Of a stretch of DNA of 64,000 nucleotides, positions 20,333-29,930 are shown piece after piece. The notes beneath the pieces were generated by a model. The model searched no databases and was not told the DNA's origin. It saw nothing but the letters and a program-made list of their open reading frames with translations. Every line of letters starts with the position of its first letter. Position 1 is the first letter of the stretch. Source of the stretch: Dehalococcoidia bacterium (GTDB lineage: Bacteria; Chloroflexota; Dehalococcoidia; Bin125); the NCBI GenBank assembly GCA_963663895.2, contig CAXXRD010000002.1, forward strand, positions 480,001 to 544,000. The letters are read 5' to 3'. The position numbers and the translations under genes were made by a program.

Positions 20333-21130
20333 ATGATCATCCTGGGGGGGCGAGCAGGGCCGCGCGCCGCCGGGCGCTGGGCCGCGCTGCCGATCGCCAT
20401 CGCAGCGCTGTACGGCGCCTGGGAGCTGTACGTGGGGCTCAGCGGCATCGAGCCGCAGGTCCTGCCATCGCCGAGCCGGGTCATCCGAGAAGGATGGGAC
20501 TTCCGCAGCGATCTCGCCAAGGGCGCAGGATTCACGCTGCGCGAGACGGCGATAGGGTTTGCGCTGTCGGTGGGGGCGGCGACGCTGCTGGCGGTCGCGA
20601 TGGACTTTTCGGGCGTGATCCGGCGCGCGCTGTACCCGCTGCTGGTCGGATCGCAGACGCTGCCGCTGATCGTACTGGCGCCGCTGTTGATCGTTTGGTT
20701 CGGTTTTGGACTCACCCCCAAAGTCCTCTTGGTTGTGCTGGTGACGTTCTTCCCGATCGTCGTTGGGTGGATCGATGGCTTCGCGGCGACCGAGAACGAG
20801 GCAAGCAATCTCCTGCGATCGATGGGAGCATCGCGCTGGCAGGTCTTCCGCTACCTGCGCTTCCCCAACGCATTGCCGCGCTTCTTCTCGGGGCTGCGGA
20901 TCGCGATCACGTACAGCGTCGTGGCGGCCGTCGTGGCGGAGTGGGCGGGGGCGCGGCTGGGCGAGGGACTGGGCGTGCTGATGATCCAGTACGAGAATTC
21001 GTTCCGCACCGATCTGGTGCTGGCGGCCGTGTTCGTGACCGCCGCTGTCTCCATCGCCCTGTTCCTCTCGACGTATGGAATGGAGCGGCTCTCGATCCCC
21101 TGGTACTTCCGGACGCGGCGCCATGGCTAA
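20333..21130 (+). CDS. thiX: ABC permease (ThiX/SsuC-like)
   Basis: LPSPSRV, LAPLLIVWFGFG, MGASRWQVF..LRFPNALP EAA-loop region. Confidence 0.85.
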   Translation: MIILGGRAGPRAAGRWAALPIAIAALYGAWELYVGLSGIEPQVLPSPSRVIREGWDFRSDLAKGAGFTLRETAIGFALSVGAATLLAVAMDFSGVIRRALYPLLVGSQTLPLIVLAPLLIVWFGFGLTPKVLLVVLVTFFPIVVGWIDGFAATENEASNLLRSMGASRWQVFRYLRFPNALPRFFSGLRIAITYSVVAAVVAEWAGARLGEGLGVLMIQYENSFRTDLVLAAVFVTAAVSIALFLSTYGMERLSIPWYFRTRRHG

Positions 21131-21923
21131 CGCTCCCGACACGCCGAAGATCGAAGCGCGCGACCTCCACAAAAGCTACCGAACGGCGGACGGTCCTCTC
21201 GCAGTCGTCCGGGCCGTCAGTTTGACGGCAGCCGCCGGGGAGTTCGTGAGCATCATCGGGCCGAGCGGCTGCGGGAAGAGCACGCTTTTCAACATCTTGG
21301 CAGGGTTGGAAACGGCGGATGCGGGCTCGGTGCTCCTGGACGGGGAGCCGATCGGAGCGCGCGCGGGGGCCTTTGGGTACATGCCGCAGAAGGATCTCCT
21401 CCTTCCCTGGCGGCGGATCTTGGAAAACACCACGCTGGGGTTGGAGGTGCGGGGCGTTCCCTGGCGCGAGGCGCGGGCGCGGGCACAGCAGCTGTTCGAG
21501 GCGTTCGGGCTGACGGGATTCGAACGGGCCTATCCGTCCGAGCTGTCAGGAGGGATGCGGCAGCGAGCAGCGCTGTTGCGCACCGTGGTGCAAGAGCGCG
21601 ACGTGGTGCTGCTGGACGAACCGTTGGGCGCGCTCGATTCCCTGACACGGACGCAGATGCAGGTGTGGCTGGAGGGGGTGTGGCGGCGCTTCCGGTGGAC
21701 CGTCTTGTTGATCACGCACGACATCCGCGAGGCAGCGTATCTGTCCGATCGGGTCTACGTGCTGGGGTCGCGGCCAGGAAGCGTCCAGACGACGGTCGAT
21801 GTCGATCTGCCGCGTCCAAGGACGGTGACCGATCCGGCATTCCTGGCCGTGGAGCAGGAGCTGACGGAAGCGCTGCGGGTGGAGACGCGAAAGGCGGAGC
21901 GTGATCCAGCGGTGTGGCCGTAG
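21123..21923 (+). CDS. thiZ: ABC ATPase (ThiZ/SsuB-like)
   Basis: GPSGCGKST, LSGGMRQR, LLDEPLGALD. Confidence 0.88.
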   Translation: MANAPDTPKIEARDLHKSYRTADGPLAVVRAVSLTAAAGEFVSIIGPSGCGKSTLFNILAGLETADAGSVLLDGEPIGARAGAFGYMPQKDLLLPWRRILENTTLGLEVRGVPWREARARAQQLFEAFGLTGFERAYPSELSGGMRQRAALLRTVVQERDVVLLDEPLGALDSLTRTQMQVWLEGVWRRFRWTVLLITHDIREAAYLSDRVYVLGSRPGSVQTTVDVDLPRPRTVTDPAFLAVEQELTEALRVETRKAERDPAVWP

Positions 21924-21926
21924 GCC

Positions 21927-23567
21927 CTAGGGACCAGCCGTCACGACCTCGGGCGGGGCCACGGGGCGGAATTGGTCAAAGTTGTCGTGGAAGCGCTCGG
22001 CGAGCGCTCGGTAGGCGACGTCGTAGGCGTCTTTGTCGCTCCAGAGATCACGGGGGTTGAGTAGCGAGGCATCTGCGCCGGGACAGTGCAGCGGCACTTC
22101 GAAGCCGAAGAGCGGGTCGGTGCGAAACTCCTCCGCGACCATGGCGTCGTTGAGGATCGCGCTCACCATCTTGCGGGTTTCCTGGATGGCGACGCGCTCT
22201 CCCACCCCGGGCGGACCGCCCACCCAGCCGGTGTTCACCAGCCAGACGCCGGCGCCCGTCGCTTCGAGTCGTTCCTTGAGGAGGTCGGCGTAGAGCGTTG
22301 GCTGGAGGGCCATGAACGGGGCACCGAAGCAGGTGCTGAAGGTGACTTGCGGTTCGTCGATGCCCGTTTCCGTACCGGCGAGCTTGGAGGTGTAACCGCT
22401 GAGGAAGTGATAGAGCGCCTGATCGTGCGTGAGGCGGGCGAGCGGGGGGAGGACGCCGAAGGCGTCGGCCGTGAGAAGAATGACGTGTGCGGGATGGGGT
22501 GCGACCTGTCCTTGGTATCGATTGCGGAGGGAGTCCAGGGGATAGCTGGAGCGGGTGTTCTCGGTGATGGCGTCGTCGTCGAGGTCGGCGACGCGGGAAT
22601 CTTCGTCGAAGATCACGTTCTCCATGATCGTGCCGAACATGTGCGCGGTGGCGAAGATGTCGGGTTCGGCTTCCTCGGAGAGACGGATGACCTTGGCATA
22701 GCAGCCGCCCTCGATGTTGAAGATGCCGTCTTCGGTCCAGGCGTGCTCATCGTCGCCGATGAGCACGCGGTCAGGGTCCGTGCTTAAGGTGGTCTTGCCG
22801 GTTCCGGAGAGGCCGAAGAAGAAGGCGGTCTTGCCGGTGGCGGGATCGATGTTGGCAGCAGAATGGAGGGACAGCACACCGCTGAGGGGAAGATAGTAGT
22901 TCATGGCCGTAAAGACGGACTTCTTCATCTCGCCGGCATACGCGGTGCCGGCGATAACGATGAGGCCCTCGGTGAGGTGGAGGACGATGACGGCGTCGCT
23001 GTTGAGCCCGTCCTCCTGCCCCTCGAAGTGGAGGAAGGGGGCGTGGAGGATGGTAATGTCGGGATCGCCATGCAAGGGCTCGTCGCTGGGGATGAACATC
23101 GTGCGGGCGAAAACACTGTGATACGCCTGCTCTGAGATGACCCGGACCGTCTTCCGCTGGCGGGGGTCTTGTGAGACGTAGCAGTCCTGCCGGTAGAGCG
23201 TTTTATCTTTGAAGTAGTCGAGGAAGCGCGCGCGAACGCCCTCGAAGGTTTCGGGGGACATGGGCTGGTTGTGCGCGCCCCACCATACGTGCTCGGCGGT
23301 CTCGGGGACGCGGACGACGAACTTGTCCCTGGGGCTGCGGCCCGTACGGGGTCCGCTGCGGACCGCGAAACTGCCGCCCTCAAGGAGCTTGCCTTCACCG
23401 GTGCGAACGGCGTGCTCGTAGAGCACGGGGACCGAAAGGTTGGAGTAGACGACCGCGGCGTCCGCTACCACACGATCGCTAATATGCTCCGAATTCGCAG
23501 CTACCGACACCCGCTGCGCTCTCCCTGCTTCTGACTTGGTGTAGCCGTCGAAGGCGGCCAGAGGCAT
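21927..23567 (-). CDS. pckA: Phosphoenolpyruvate carboxykinase (ATP)
   Basis: TGRSPRDK, YAGEMKKS, FGLSGTGKTTLS, LIGDDEH, EGGCYAK; start may lie slightly downstream. Confidence 0.95.
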   Translation of the reverse strand: MPLAAFDGYTKSEAGRAQRVSVAANSEHISDRVVADAAVVYSNLSVPVLYEHAVRTGEGKLLEGGSFAVRSGPRTGRSPRDKFVVRVPETAEHVWWGAHNQPMSPETFEGVRARFLDYFKDKTLYRQDCYVSQDPRQRKTVRVISEQAYHSVFARTMFIPSDEPLHGDPDITILHAPFLHFEGQEDGLNSDAVIVLHLTEGLIVIAGTAYAGEMKKSVFTAMNYYLPLSGVLSLHSAANIDPATGKTAFFFGLSGTGKTTLSTDPDRVLIGDDEHAWTEDGIFNIEGGCYAKVIRLSEEAEPDIFATAHMFGTIMENVIFDEDSRVADLDDDAITENTRSSYPLDSLRNRYQGQVAPHPAHVILLTADAFGVLPPLARLTHDQALYHFLSGYTSKLAGTETGIDEPQVTFSTCFGAPFMALQPTLYADLLKERLEATGAGVWLVNTGWVGGPPGVGERVAIQETRKMVSAILNDAMVAEEFRTDPLFGFEVPLHCPGADASLLNPRDLWSDKDAYDVAYRALAERFHDNFDQFRPVAPPEVVTAGP

Positions 23568-23604
23568 GGTATAGGACGGCTGGGAGCGGTGCGAGACCGC
23601 AATG

Positions 23605-24546
23605 CTAAAGCGGAGGCAGGCCCGCTTGGGCGCGCGTATGGTCGATCAGTGCGCGGTATCCCGCTTCAAGGGGACGGTGCTCGAAGCCGAACTCATCGCG
23701 GATGCGTGAGGAATCGATGCGATAGGGGAGATCGGTGCGGCCGGTGGTTTCATCGAAGGTGATCTGGGCATCGGGGAGGAAGCGCTGCACGAGGGCGGCG
23801 AGCTCGCCATAGGATCGGGTATGCCCGCCCACGTTATAGACCTCGTGTGCGGGACTGGGGGCTTGCAGCAGGGTGATCATCGCACGGGCGACGTCTTGCA
23901 CGTCGCCGAGGCACACGTGATCGTCGGCGGCAAAGGGAAGCTGCGCGGCGTCTCCAAGGGCGCAGTTATAGGCGGCGACGTTGACGCCGCGGGCACCGTA
24001 CCGTCCGCCGATGCCATACACGGCCGGAACGCGCAGCGAGAGGATGCGCATGCCGGGGACGCGCATGTTGTAGAAGTGGGCGGTTACCTCACCGAGTTTC
24101 TTGGCGACGCCGTAGATGTCCATCGCCAGGCCGGGATGATCTTCGCCGAGCGGGACTTCGCCGTGAAGCCACTGCGGCCCGTAGTAGTGGATCGAACTGG
24201 GGAAGATCACGCGGCGTACGCCCGCGAGACGCGCCGCCTCGAAGAGATCGACGGTCTGCTTGACCATGATCTCCACCTCTTGGTGGACCTCCTCCGCGCT
24301 GCCGGGAGCGGACATGAAAAAGACCGAGTGGACCAGCTGATCGACGCGCCGGCTCTCAAGCAGCCGACGCAATGCATCGACGCCGGGGATGCCGCCATCA
24401 ATGAGCTCCACTCGCTCGATGATGTCGGCGAGGCGCCCCGGGGTGCCGCGGATGTCGAGACAGAGAGGACGCTCACCCTGTTCGACCAGCTGTCGCGCGA
24501 TGGTCGAGCCGATGAATCCTTTCCCGCCGGTAATGAGCACGGTCAT
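23605..24546 (-). CDS. NAD-dependent epimerase/dehydratase (extended SDR)
   Basis: ITGGKGFIGS, YGVAK. Confidence 0.88.
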   Translation of the reverse strand: MTVLITGGKGFIGSTIARQLVEQGERPLCLDIRGTPGRLADIIERVELIDGGIPGVDALRRLLESRRVDQLVHSVFFMSAPGSAEEVHQEVEIMVKQTVDLFEAARLAGVRRVIFPSSIHYYGPQWLHGEVPLGEDHPGLAMDIYGVAKKLGEVTAHFYNMRVPGMRILSLRVPAVYGIGGRYGARGVNVAAYNCALGDAAQLPFAADDHVCLGDVQDVARAMITLLQAPSPAHEVYNVGGHTRSYGELAALVQRFLPDAQITFDETTGRTDLPYRIDSSRIRDEFGFEHRPLEAGYRALIDHTRAQAGLPPL

Positions 24547-24556
24547 GGCTCGCTCC

Positions 24557-25534
24557 TCAAGGGACCAGCACTAGCTTGACGCCGGGGCCGCTGCGCTGAC
24601 GTTCCCAAGCCGCGGCAACGGCGGCGAGGGAGAGACGCTCCAAGGGGACGTGGATGCGACCGGCGCCGGCATGATCGACGAGGGCGGTATATTGCCGGCG
24701 CCAGACGTCACGGGGGACGGCGAAGTCAGAGAAGCCCAGTAGCTCGAGCTGCTTGCCGCGCACGGCGGCAGAGGGGATCGTGGCGGTGGCGCCGGCGGAC
24801 TGGCCCAGATTGACAACGCGGGCTCCGGGCGGAGCGACCTCCAGGGCCGCTTGCAACGGTCCACCCCAGACCGGGTCGATGACGAGCGACGGTCCGGCCG
24901 GCCCGCAGGCAGCACGCAGGGCCGCAGGTAAGTCGGCCTCGTCAAGCGAGACCGTGGCGTCCGCGCCCAGGTCGCGGGTGGCGCGGAGACGATCGGCGGC
25001 GCGTCCAGCAGCAACGACGCGCCCGGCTCCAAGTATCCGCGCGGCTTGGAGCGCAACCTGCCCGACGGTGCCGGTTGCGCCCAGCACGAGCACCGTTTCG
25101 CCGCGCCGGACGGGAGCGCGCCAGGCGACCGGCAGCCAGCCGGCCATGCCGGCGACGCCCAAAGCGGCGGCCAGCGCCGGGTCGGCGTCGCGGGGGATCG
25201 GGATGAGGGCGTCGTCGTCCGCCACGAGGCGTTCGGCGAGTGCGCCATCGCTGGTAACGCCCATGCCGGTGAGCCCGACCCAGGCAAGGGTTCCCCCTGG
25301 CTGCGCACGCGAATCGACGACACGGGCAACTGCCTCGACGCCGGGGATGTAGGGCAGCGATGGCTGTCCCGCGTAGTGACGGCCGGAGGCAACGGCGATA
25401 TCGATCGGGTTGAGCGGCGCCGCGACGACCTCCAACAGGGACTGGCCAGCGCTGGGCGCGGGCGCGGGCCGCTCGCCAAGGCGAGGCGTACCATCAAGCT
25501 CCGAGAGCAGCGCGGCTCGCATCCGAGAGATCAC
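24557..25534 (-). CDS. MDR-family quinone oxidoreductase-like protein
   Basis: APLNPID, PYIPGVE, VLGATGTVG. Confidence 0.85.
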   Translation of the reverse strand: MISRMRAALLSELDGTPRLGERPAPAPSAGQSLLEVVAAPLNPIDIAVASGRHYAGQPSLPYIPGVEAVARVVDSRAQPGGTLAWVGLTGMGVTSDGALAERLVADDDALIPIPRDADPALAAALGVAGMAGWLPVAWRAPVRRGETVLVLGATGTVGQVALQAARILGAGRVVAAGRAADRLRATRDLGADATVSLDEADLPAALRAACGPAGPSLVIDPVWGGPLQAALEVAPPGARVVNLGQSAGATATIPSAAVRGKQLELLGFSDFAVPRDVWRRQYTALVDHAGAGRIHVPLERLSLAAVAAAWERQRSGPGVKLVLVP

Positions 25535-25673
25535 TCCGTCGTCGATCGGGGCAACATCCGCCGAGCGTGTGCGCGCCGGTCTATCACGCCACGCTCCGAC
25601 CCGTCAAACCGAGAAGACGCCAGAGCACCGGCCGAGGCGGATAGACCGGAGACGCCGGACCCGAGCGGACTGG

Positions 25674-26738
25674 TTAAGCGCGCCCCGCCAGGATGTCGTC
25701 CAGACGGCGGCAGGCAGCACCGTGGTTGCCAATCCCGCCAGAACGCTCGACGGGAAGAAGCTCCGCCTCCCAACGCTCGCACTCCGGCTCACGGACCGGA
25801 CAGCGCGAGTAGAGGTTGCAGCCAGGCGGGAGGTTGATGGGGCTGGGGATCTCGCCACTGAGCGCGTACTCGGGCAGGCCCGCATCGGGGTCCGGGTAGA
25901 GGACGGCAGAGAGCAGCGAGCGCGTGTAGGGATGGACGGGGTTCTCGAAGACCGTGTCGGTGGGAGCGAACTCAACGACGAGGCCGAGGTACATCACGGC
26001 GACGCGATGGCTGATGCTGCGCACGGCGGTGAGGTCGTGGGAGATGAAGAGATAGGAGACGCCGAAGCGCTCTTGCACCTCCTGCAGTAGCTCGATGATC
26101 TCGAGGCGACCGCCCACATCCAGGTTGGAGACGGCTTCGTCGAGGACGATGAGGTCGGGCTGCATGATGAGGGAGCGCGCGACGGCACAGCGTTGCTGCT
26201 GGCTGCCGGTGAGGGCTTCGGGGTGCGAATCAGCGAGGACATCTGAGACTTGTACGGCGTCCAAGACTTCGGCGATACGCCTTTCCCGCTCGTCACGGGG
26301 GAGCTTGAGAATGCGCACGGCGTCGCGCAGGGCGGTGCGGATCGTCATGCGCGGGTTGAGCGAGTTGGACGGATCTTGGAAAACCATCTGGAGCTTGGGA
26401 CGGATCTTGCGGAACTCGCCCGTGCTCATATGACTGATGCGCTGGTCGTCGTACCAGATTTCGCCCGCGGTGGGCTCCGTGAGACGGAGCATGACACGGC
26501 CGAGGGTCGTCTTGCCCGAGCCTGACTCGCCGACGAGCCCGACGGTCTCACCGCGGCCAATCGTGAGATCGACGCCGCCGACGGCGACGAGATTCTCATG
26601 CCGCGAGATCTTGAAGTGCTTCGCAAGGTTGCGGACATCAATGAGGATGTCGTCTCCCGGCGAGACGGATTCGGCGTCCGTCGAAGGGGTAGCGGGTGCG
26701 TCTGGGGATTGAGTGTCGGTTGTCACGTTGTCAGTCAC
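25674..26738 (-). CDS. Dpp/Opp-type ABC ATPase (DppF-like)
   Basis: GESGSGKTT, HPYTRSLL, C-terminal PPGCNLYSRCP...AAC. Confidence 0.9.
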   Translation of the reverse strand: MTDNVTTDTQSPDAPATPSTDAESVSPGDDILIDVRNLAKHFKISRHENLVAVGGVDLTIGRGETVGLVGESGSGKTTLGRVMLRLTEPTAGEIWYDDQRISHMSTGEFRKIRPKLQMVFQDPSNSLNPRMTIRTALRDAVRILKLPRDERERRIAEVLDAVQVSDVLADSHPEALTGSQQQRCAVARSLIMQPDLIVLDEAVSNLDVGGRLEIIELLQEVQERFGVSYLFISHDLTAVRSISHRVAVMYLGLVVEFAPTDTVFENPVHPYTRSLLSAVLYPDPDAGLPEYALSGEIPSPINLPPGCNLYSRCPVREPECERWEAELLPVERSGGIGNHGAACRRLDDILAGRA

Positions 26739-26770
26739 TCCGTCACATCATCCGCTTCGTCGTGGTTGCG

Positions 26771-27598
26771 CTAGCGTGAAGCCGCGGCGGCAGACCATTC
26801 GGCCGCCTTCTGGCGCTCCAATACGGTGGCTCGCATCAACTCCTGGCTGACCGGATGCTGCTGCTCCTTGAAGAACGTGCGGACTTCGGCATTCTCAACG
26901 ATCCGTCCCTCGCTGACGACGGCGACGCGGTCACAGAAGTGGGCAACGATGCCGAGATCGCGCGTGACGATCAAGAGACCCACATTGTCCTCGCGGATGA
27001 GACCGGCGAAGTCCTCCAGAATCTGGCGCTGGATGGTGACGTCAATCCCCGTGGTGGGCTCATCGGCAACGATGAAACGGGGAGAGTTCGCCAAGGCCAT
27101 GGCGACGACCGTGCGCTGGGCCATGCCGCCGCTGAGCTCGTGCGGGTAAGCCAAGGCGCGCTTGTCCGGATCGGGAATGCCGACACGATCGAGGAGCTGA
27201 ATCGCACGCTCTAGCGCTTCTGCCTTGGCCATCTCGGGATGGTGGTCCCGCAGGACACGCACAATCTGGCGGCCCACTTTCTCGAGTGGGTTCAGCCGGA
27301 TGCGGCCCCCGGGCAGCACCAGAGAGAGTTCTTCTCCCAGGATTAACCGGCGGTCATCGGGAGGCATGGACAGCAGATCCTGGCCTTCAAACAAGATCTC
27401 ACCGCCGATGGGGACGACGGGGGGGCGCAGGAGACCGCCGATGGCGTGGACAAGCAGCGACTTTCCGGAGCCCGCCTCGCCGACGAGTCCCAGCGACTGG
27501 CCTGCCTCCACGCTGAGAGAGACATCTTCGAGCATGGTGTCGAACCCGGACTCGGCTCGACTGGGCAGGCCCACGGTGAGGTTCTTGATCTCGAGCAT
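26771..27598 (-). CDS. Dpp/Opp-type ABC ATPase (DppD-like)
   Basis: GEAGSGKS, YPHELSGGMAQR, ADEPTT. Confidence 0.9.
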   Translation of the reverse strand: MLEIKNLTVGLPSRAESGFDTMLEDVSLSVEAGQSLGLVGEAGSGKSLLVHAIGGLLRPPVVPIGGEILFEGQDLLSMPPDDRRLILGEELSLVLPGGRIRLNPLEKVGRQIVRVLRDHHPEMAKAEALERAIQLLDRVGIPDPDKRALAYPHELSGGMAQRTVVAMALANSPRFIVADEPTTGIDVTIQRQILEDFAGLIREDNVGLLIVTRDLGIVAHFCDRVAVVSEGRIVENAEVRTFFKEQQHPVSQELMRATVLERQKAAEWSAAAASR

Positions 27599-28584
27599 TA
27601 ACCGGCTTCCACTGAAGTTTCGGCTGACATGAGACCCTCCGCGCGCTTGACAGCCCGCATCCGAGCGGCGATGTCCTGCGCAGCGAAGGCGAAGATCAAA
27701 ACCATGAGGCCGAGCGCGACGCCTGGGAAGACCGAGGGCCACCACTCACCGGTGACCATATTGTTGGCGCCGACGCGGATCATGCCGCCCAACTCCGCTG
27801 TAGGCGGCTTTACGCCGGCACCAACGAAGCTGAGGCTGGCCGTAAAGAGGATGACGAAGCCGATGACCATGGGCACCGTTGCCACACTGGAGGCAACGGA
27901 GTTGGGGGCGAGGTGCCGGAAGATCAGGCGGAAGTTGCCGTGGCCGAGGATGCGGGCTGCGTCCGCATAGGGTTGCTCGCGAACGGTGAGCATCTCCGCA
28001 CGTGCGAGACGCGCGAAGACCGGCAAGTTCACGATGGTTAAGGCGATGATCACGATCTCCGTGGATTGCCCCCGGACGGCGACGAGCACGACGGCGAACA
28101 CGAAGAGCGGGAAGGACTGCAAGACATCCATGAAGCGCATGATGAGCTCGCTGGTCGCGGTCGCCGCGAGGGCGCGGCCTCCAATGTAGCCAGCCAGCAG
28201 ACCCAGCGGTACGCCGATGACGACGGAGAGCGCGGTGGCGGCAAGAGCGATCACGAGGTTGATGCGGGGGGCTGCCAGGACGCGGCTGAAGACATCCTGT
28301 CCAGAACGGTCGGTGCCGAAGAAGTGCGTGCCGCTGGGTCCTTCCAACGCATGTCCCGAGTCAATCTGCTCCGATCCCCAGCCGCAAGCACAGCCCGCGT
28401 CGGCGAGCCACGGTCCAATACTCGGCCCGATGACCGTGAGCAGAAGGATGATGCCGACTCCGCCGTAAACCGCGGCCGTCGTCAACCCCGGCTTCCGGAA
28501 GAGCATGCGCCTGAGGCCGTGAATCCGGCCGTCACCGGACGCGGCGAAGGAGTCCACAGTTTCCGAGGTGTCGGTTGTGGTCAC
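27598..28584 (-). CDS. Dpp/Opp-type ABC permease (DppC-like)
   Basis: HFFGTDRSGQDVFSR, YADAARILG..RHLAPN. Confidence 0.9.
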   Translation of the reverse strand: MTTTDTSETVDSFAASGDGRIHGLRRMLFRKPGLTTAAVYGGVGIILLLTVIGPSIGPWLADAGCACGWGSEQIDSGHALEGPSGTHFFGTDRSGQDVFSRVLAAPRINLVIALAATALSVVIGVPLGLLAGYIGGRALAATATSELIMRFMDVLQSFPLFVFAVVLVAVRGQSTEIVIIALTIVNLPVFARLARAEMLTVREQPYADAARILGHGNFRLIFRHLAPNSVASSVATVPMVIGFVILFTASLSFVGAGVKPPTAELGGMIRVGANNMVTGEWWPSVFPGVALGLMVLIFAFAAQDIAARMRAVKRAEGLMSAETSVEAG

Positions 28585-29663
28585 AGACGGATCCTCGGGT
28601 CCAAGGCGGCATGGGCGATATCGACGATCAGGTAGACCAGCATGACCCAGATCGCCGCCACCAGCATGAAGCTCTGAGCGGCGAGGAAGTCGTTCTGCAA
28701 GACGGACTCCACACCGTAGTTGCCAAAACCGTTCAAGCTGAAGATACGCTCAACCAACACGGCACCACCGAGGAGGAAACCGTAGATCACGCCGATGATG
28801 GTGATGATCGGGGGCAAGGCATTGCGGAACTGCATCCAGCGAATCGTGCCGGTCTTGAGGCCCATCCCCCGGGCGTTCTCCACGTAAGCGCTGCTCTGGA
28901 TCTCGGCCATCGACGTGATCGTCATCTTGAGAATCGGGCCGCCGTAGACGAAGACCAAGGTTGCGACGGGCAGGACCATATGCCCGACGTAGGACTTCAG
29001 CGCGCCGCCATCCCCATGGATGATCGAGTCGATCACGTTGAAGCCCGTGGTCTTTTCCGGCTCCGCACCCAGAGCGAAGTAACCGCCAGGCTCGGGGACG
29101 ATGTCCGCCGTCGCGTAGAAGAGGAAGATGAGGATCAGAGCCAGCCAAAAGTCGGCGAGCGATCCGGCCAAGAGCCCGTAAAACGTCACCACTTTGGAAA
29201 GCGCTCTGTCAAGCTTGGCGGTCCAGCCCGTCTGCTTGGGAGAGCCGGCCCGAATCCCCAAGGGAATCATGATGAGGAGCGCGACGACGAGCGCGGTGGT
29301 GATGAATTCCAGGGTTGCCGGGAGCCGGTCCCTGAAATCATGGGCGACGGACTGTCCGGTGAAGAAGGACTTGCCTAAGTCGCCATGCACCAGCCCGTTG
29401 ATATAGGTGAAGTATTGGGAGATGACCGGATCGTTGAGGCCGAGATCCTCCCGCAGGGAATTCCGCTGGACCTCAGTGGAGAGACCGCCGAGAAGGACGT
29501 CAACGATATCGCCGGGGACCAGCTTCAAGAGAATGAAGGTGATGATGGTGACAATGAAGAGTTGGGGGAGGAAAAAGAGAAGGCGGCGGCGAATGAAAGG
29601 TGAACTGAGCATCGCCTTGAACGGCGAGAGGAGCGCGTTAAGGCCTTTGGCAATCAGAGTCAC
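28581..29663 (-). CDS. Dpp/Opp-type ABC permease (DppB-like)
   Basis: LGLNDP..QY, GDLGKS, RLPATLE, YVENARGMG, LDPRI. Confidence 0.9.
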   Translation of the reverse strand: MTLIAKGLNALLSPFKAMLSSPFIRRRLLFFLPQLFIVTIITFILLKLVPGDIVDVLLGGLSTEVQRNSLREDLGLNDPVISQYFTYINGLVHGDLGKSFFTGQSVAHDFRDRLPATLEFITTALVVALLIMIPLGIRAGSPKQTGWTAKLDRALSKVVTFYGLLAGSLADFWLALILIFLFYATADIVPEPGGYFALGAEPEKTTGFNVIDSIIHGDGGALKSYVGHMVLPVATLVFVYGGPILKMTITSMAEIQSSAYVENARGMGLKTGTIRWMQFRNALPPIITIIGVIYGFLLGGAVLVERIFSLNGFGNYGVESVLQNDFLAAQSFMLVAAIWVMLVYLIVDIAHAALDPRIRL

Positions 29664-29930
29664 GGCACCACCGCTCCAACTACTGCGCTCGCCCTAGCCG
29701 CCGCGAGAATCATCACGGGGCATTCCAACTTCGATTGCCGACGCGGCTCCTGTAGCCGCAGCGCTCGCTCCTCAAGCCACGGGATAGCTGCTAGGAGTCC
29801 CTTGCTCCAGCCACCCGGCTCAAGTTGCAGCATAACTTAGTTGTCAGCGCGTCCTGCTGCAACCCTATGGGCAATGCCGCGGAGCAGACCCTTGGGACGC
29901 GCGAGAGGGTCACCGCCGGGCAGATCAGTC

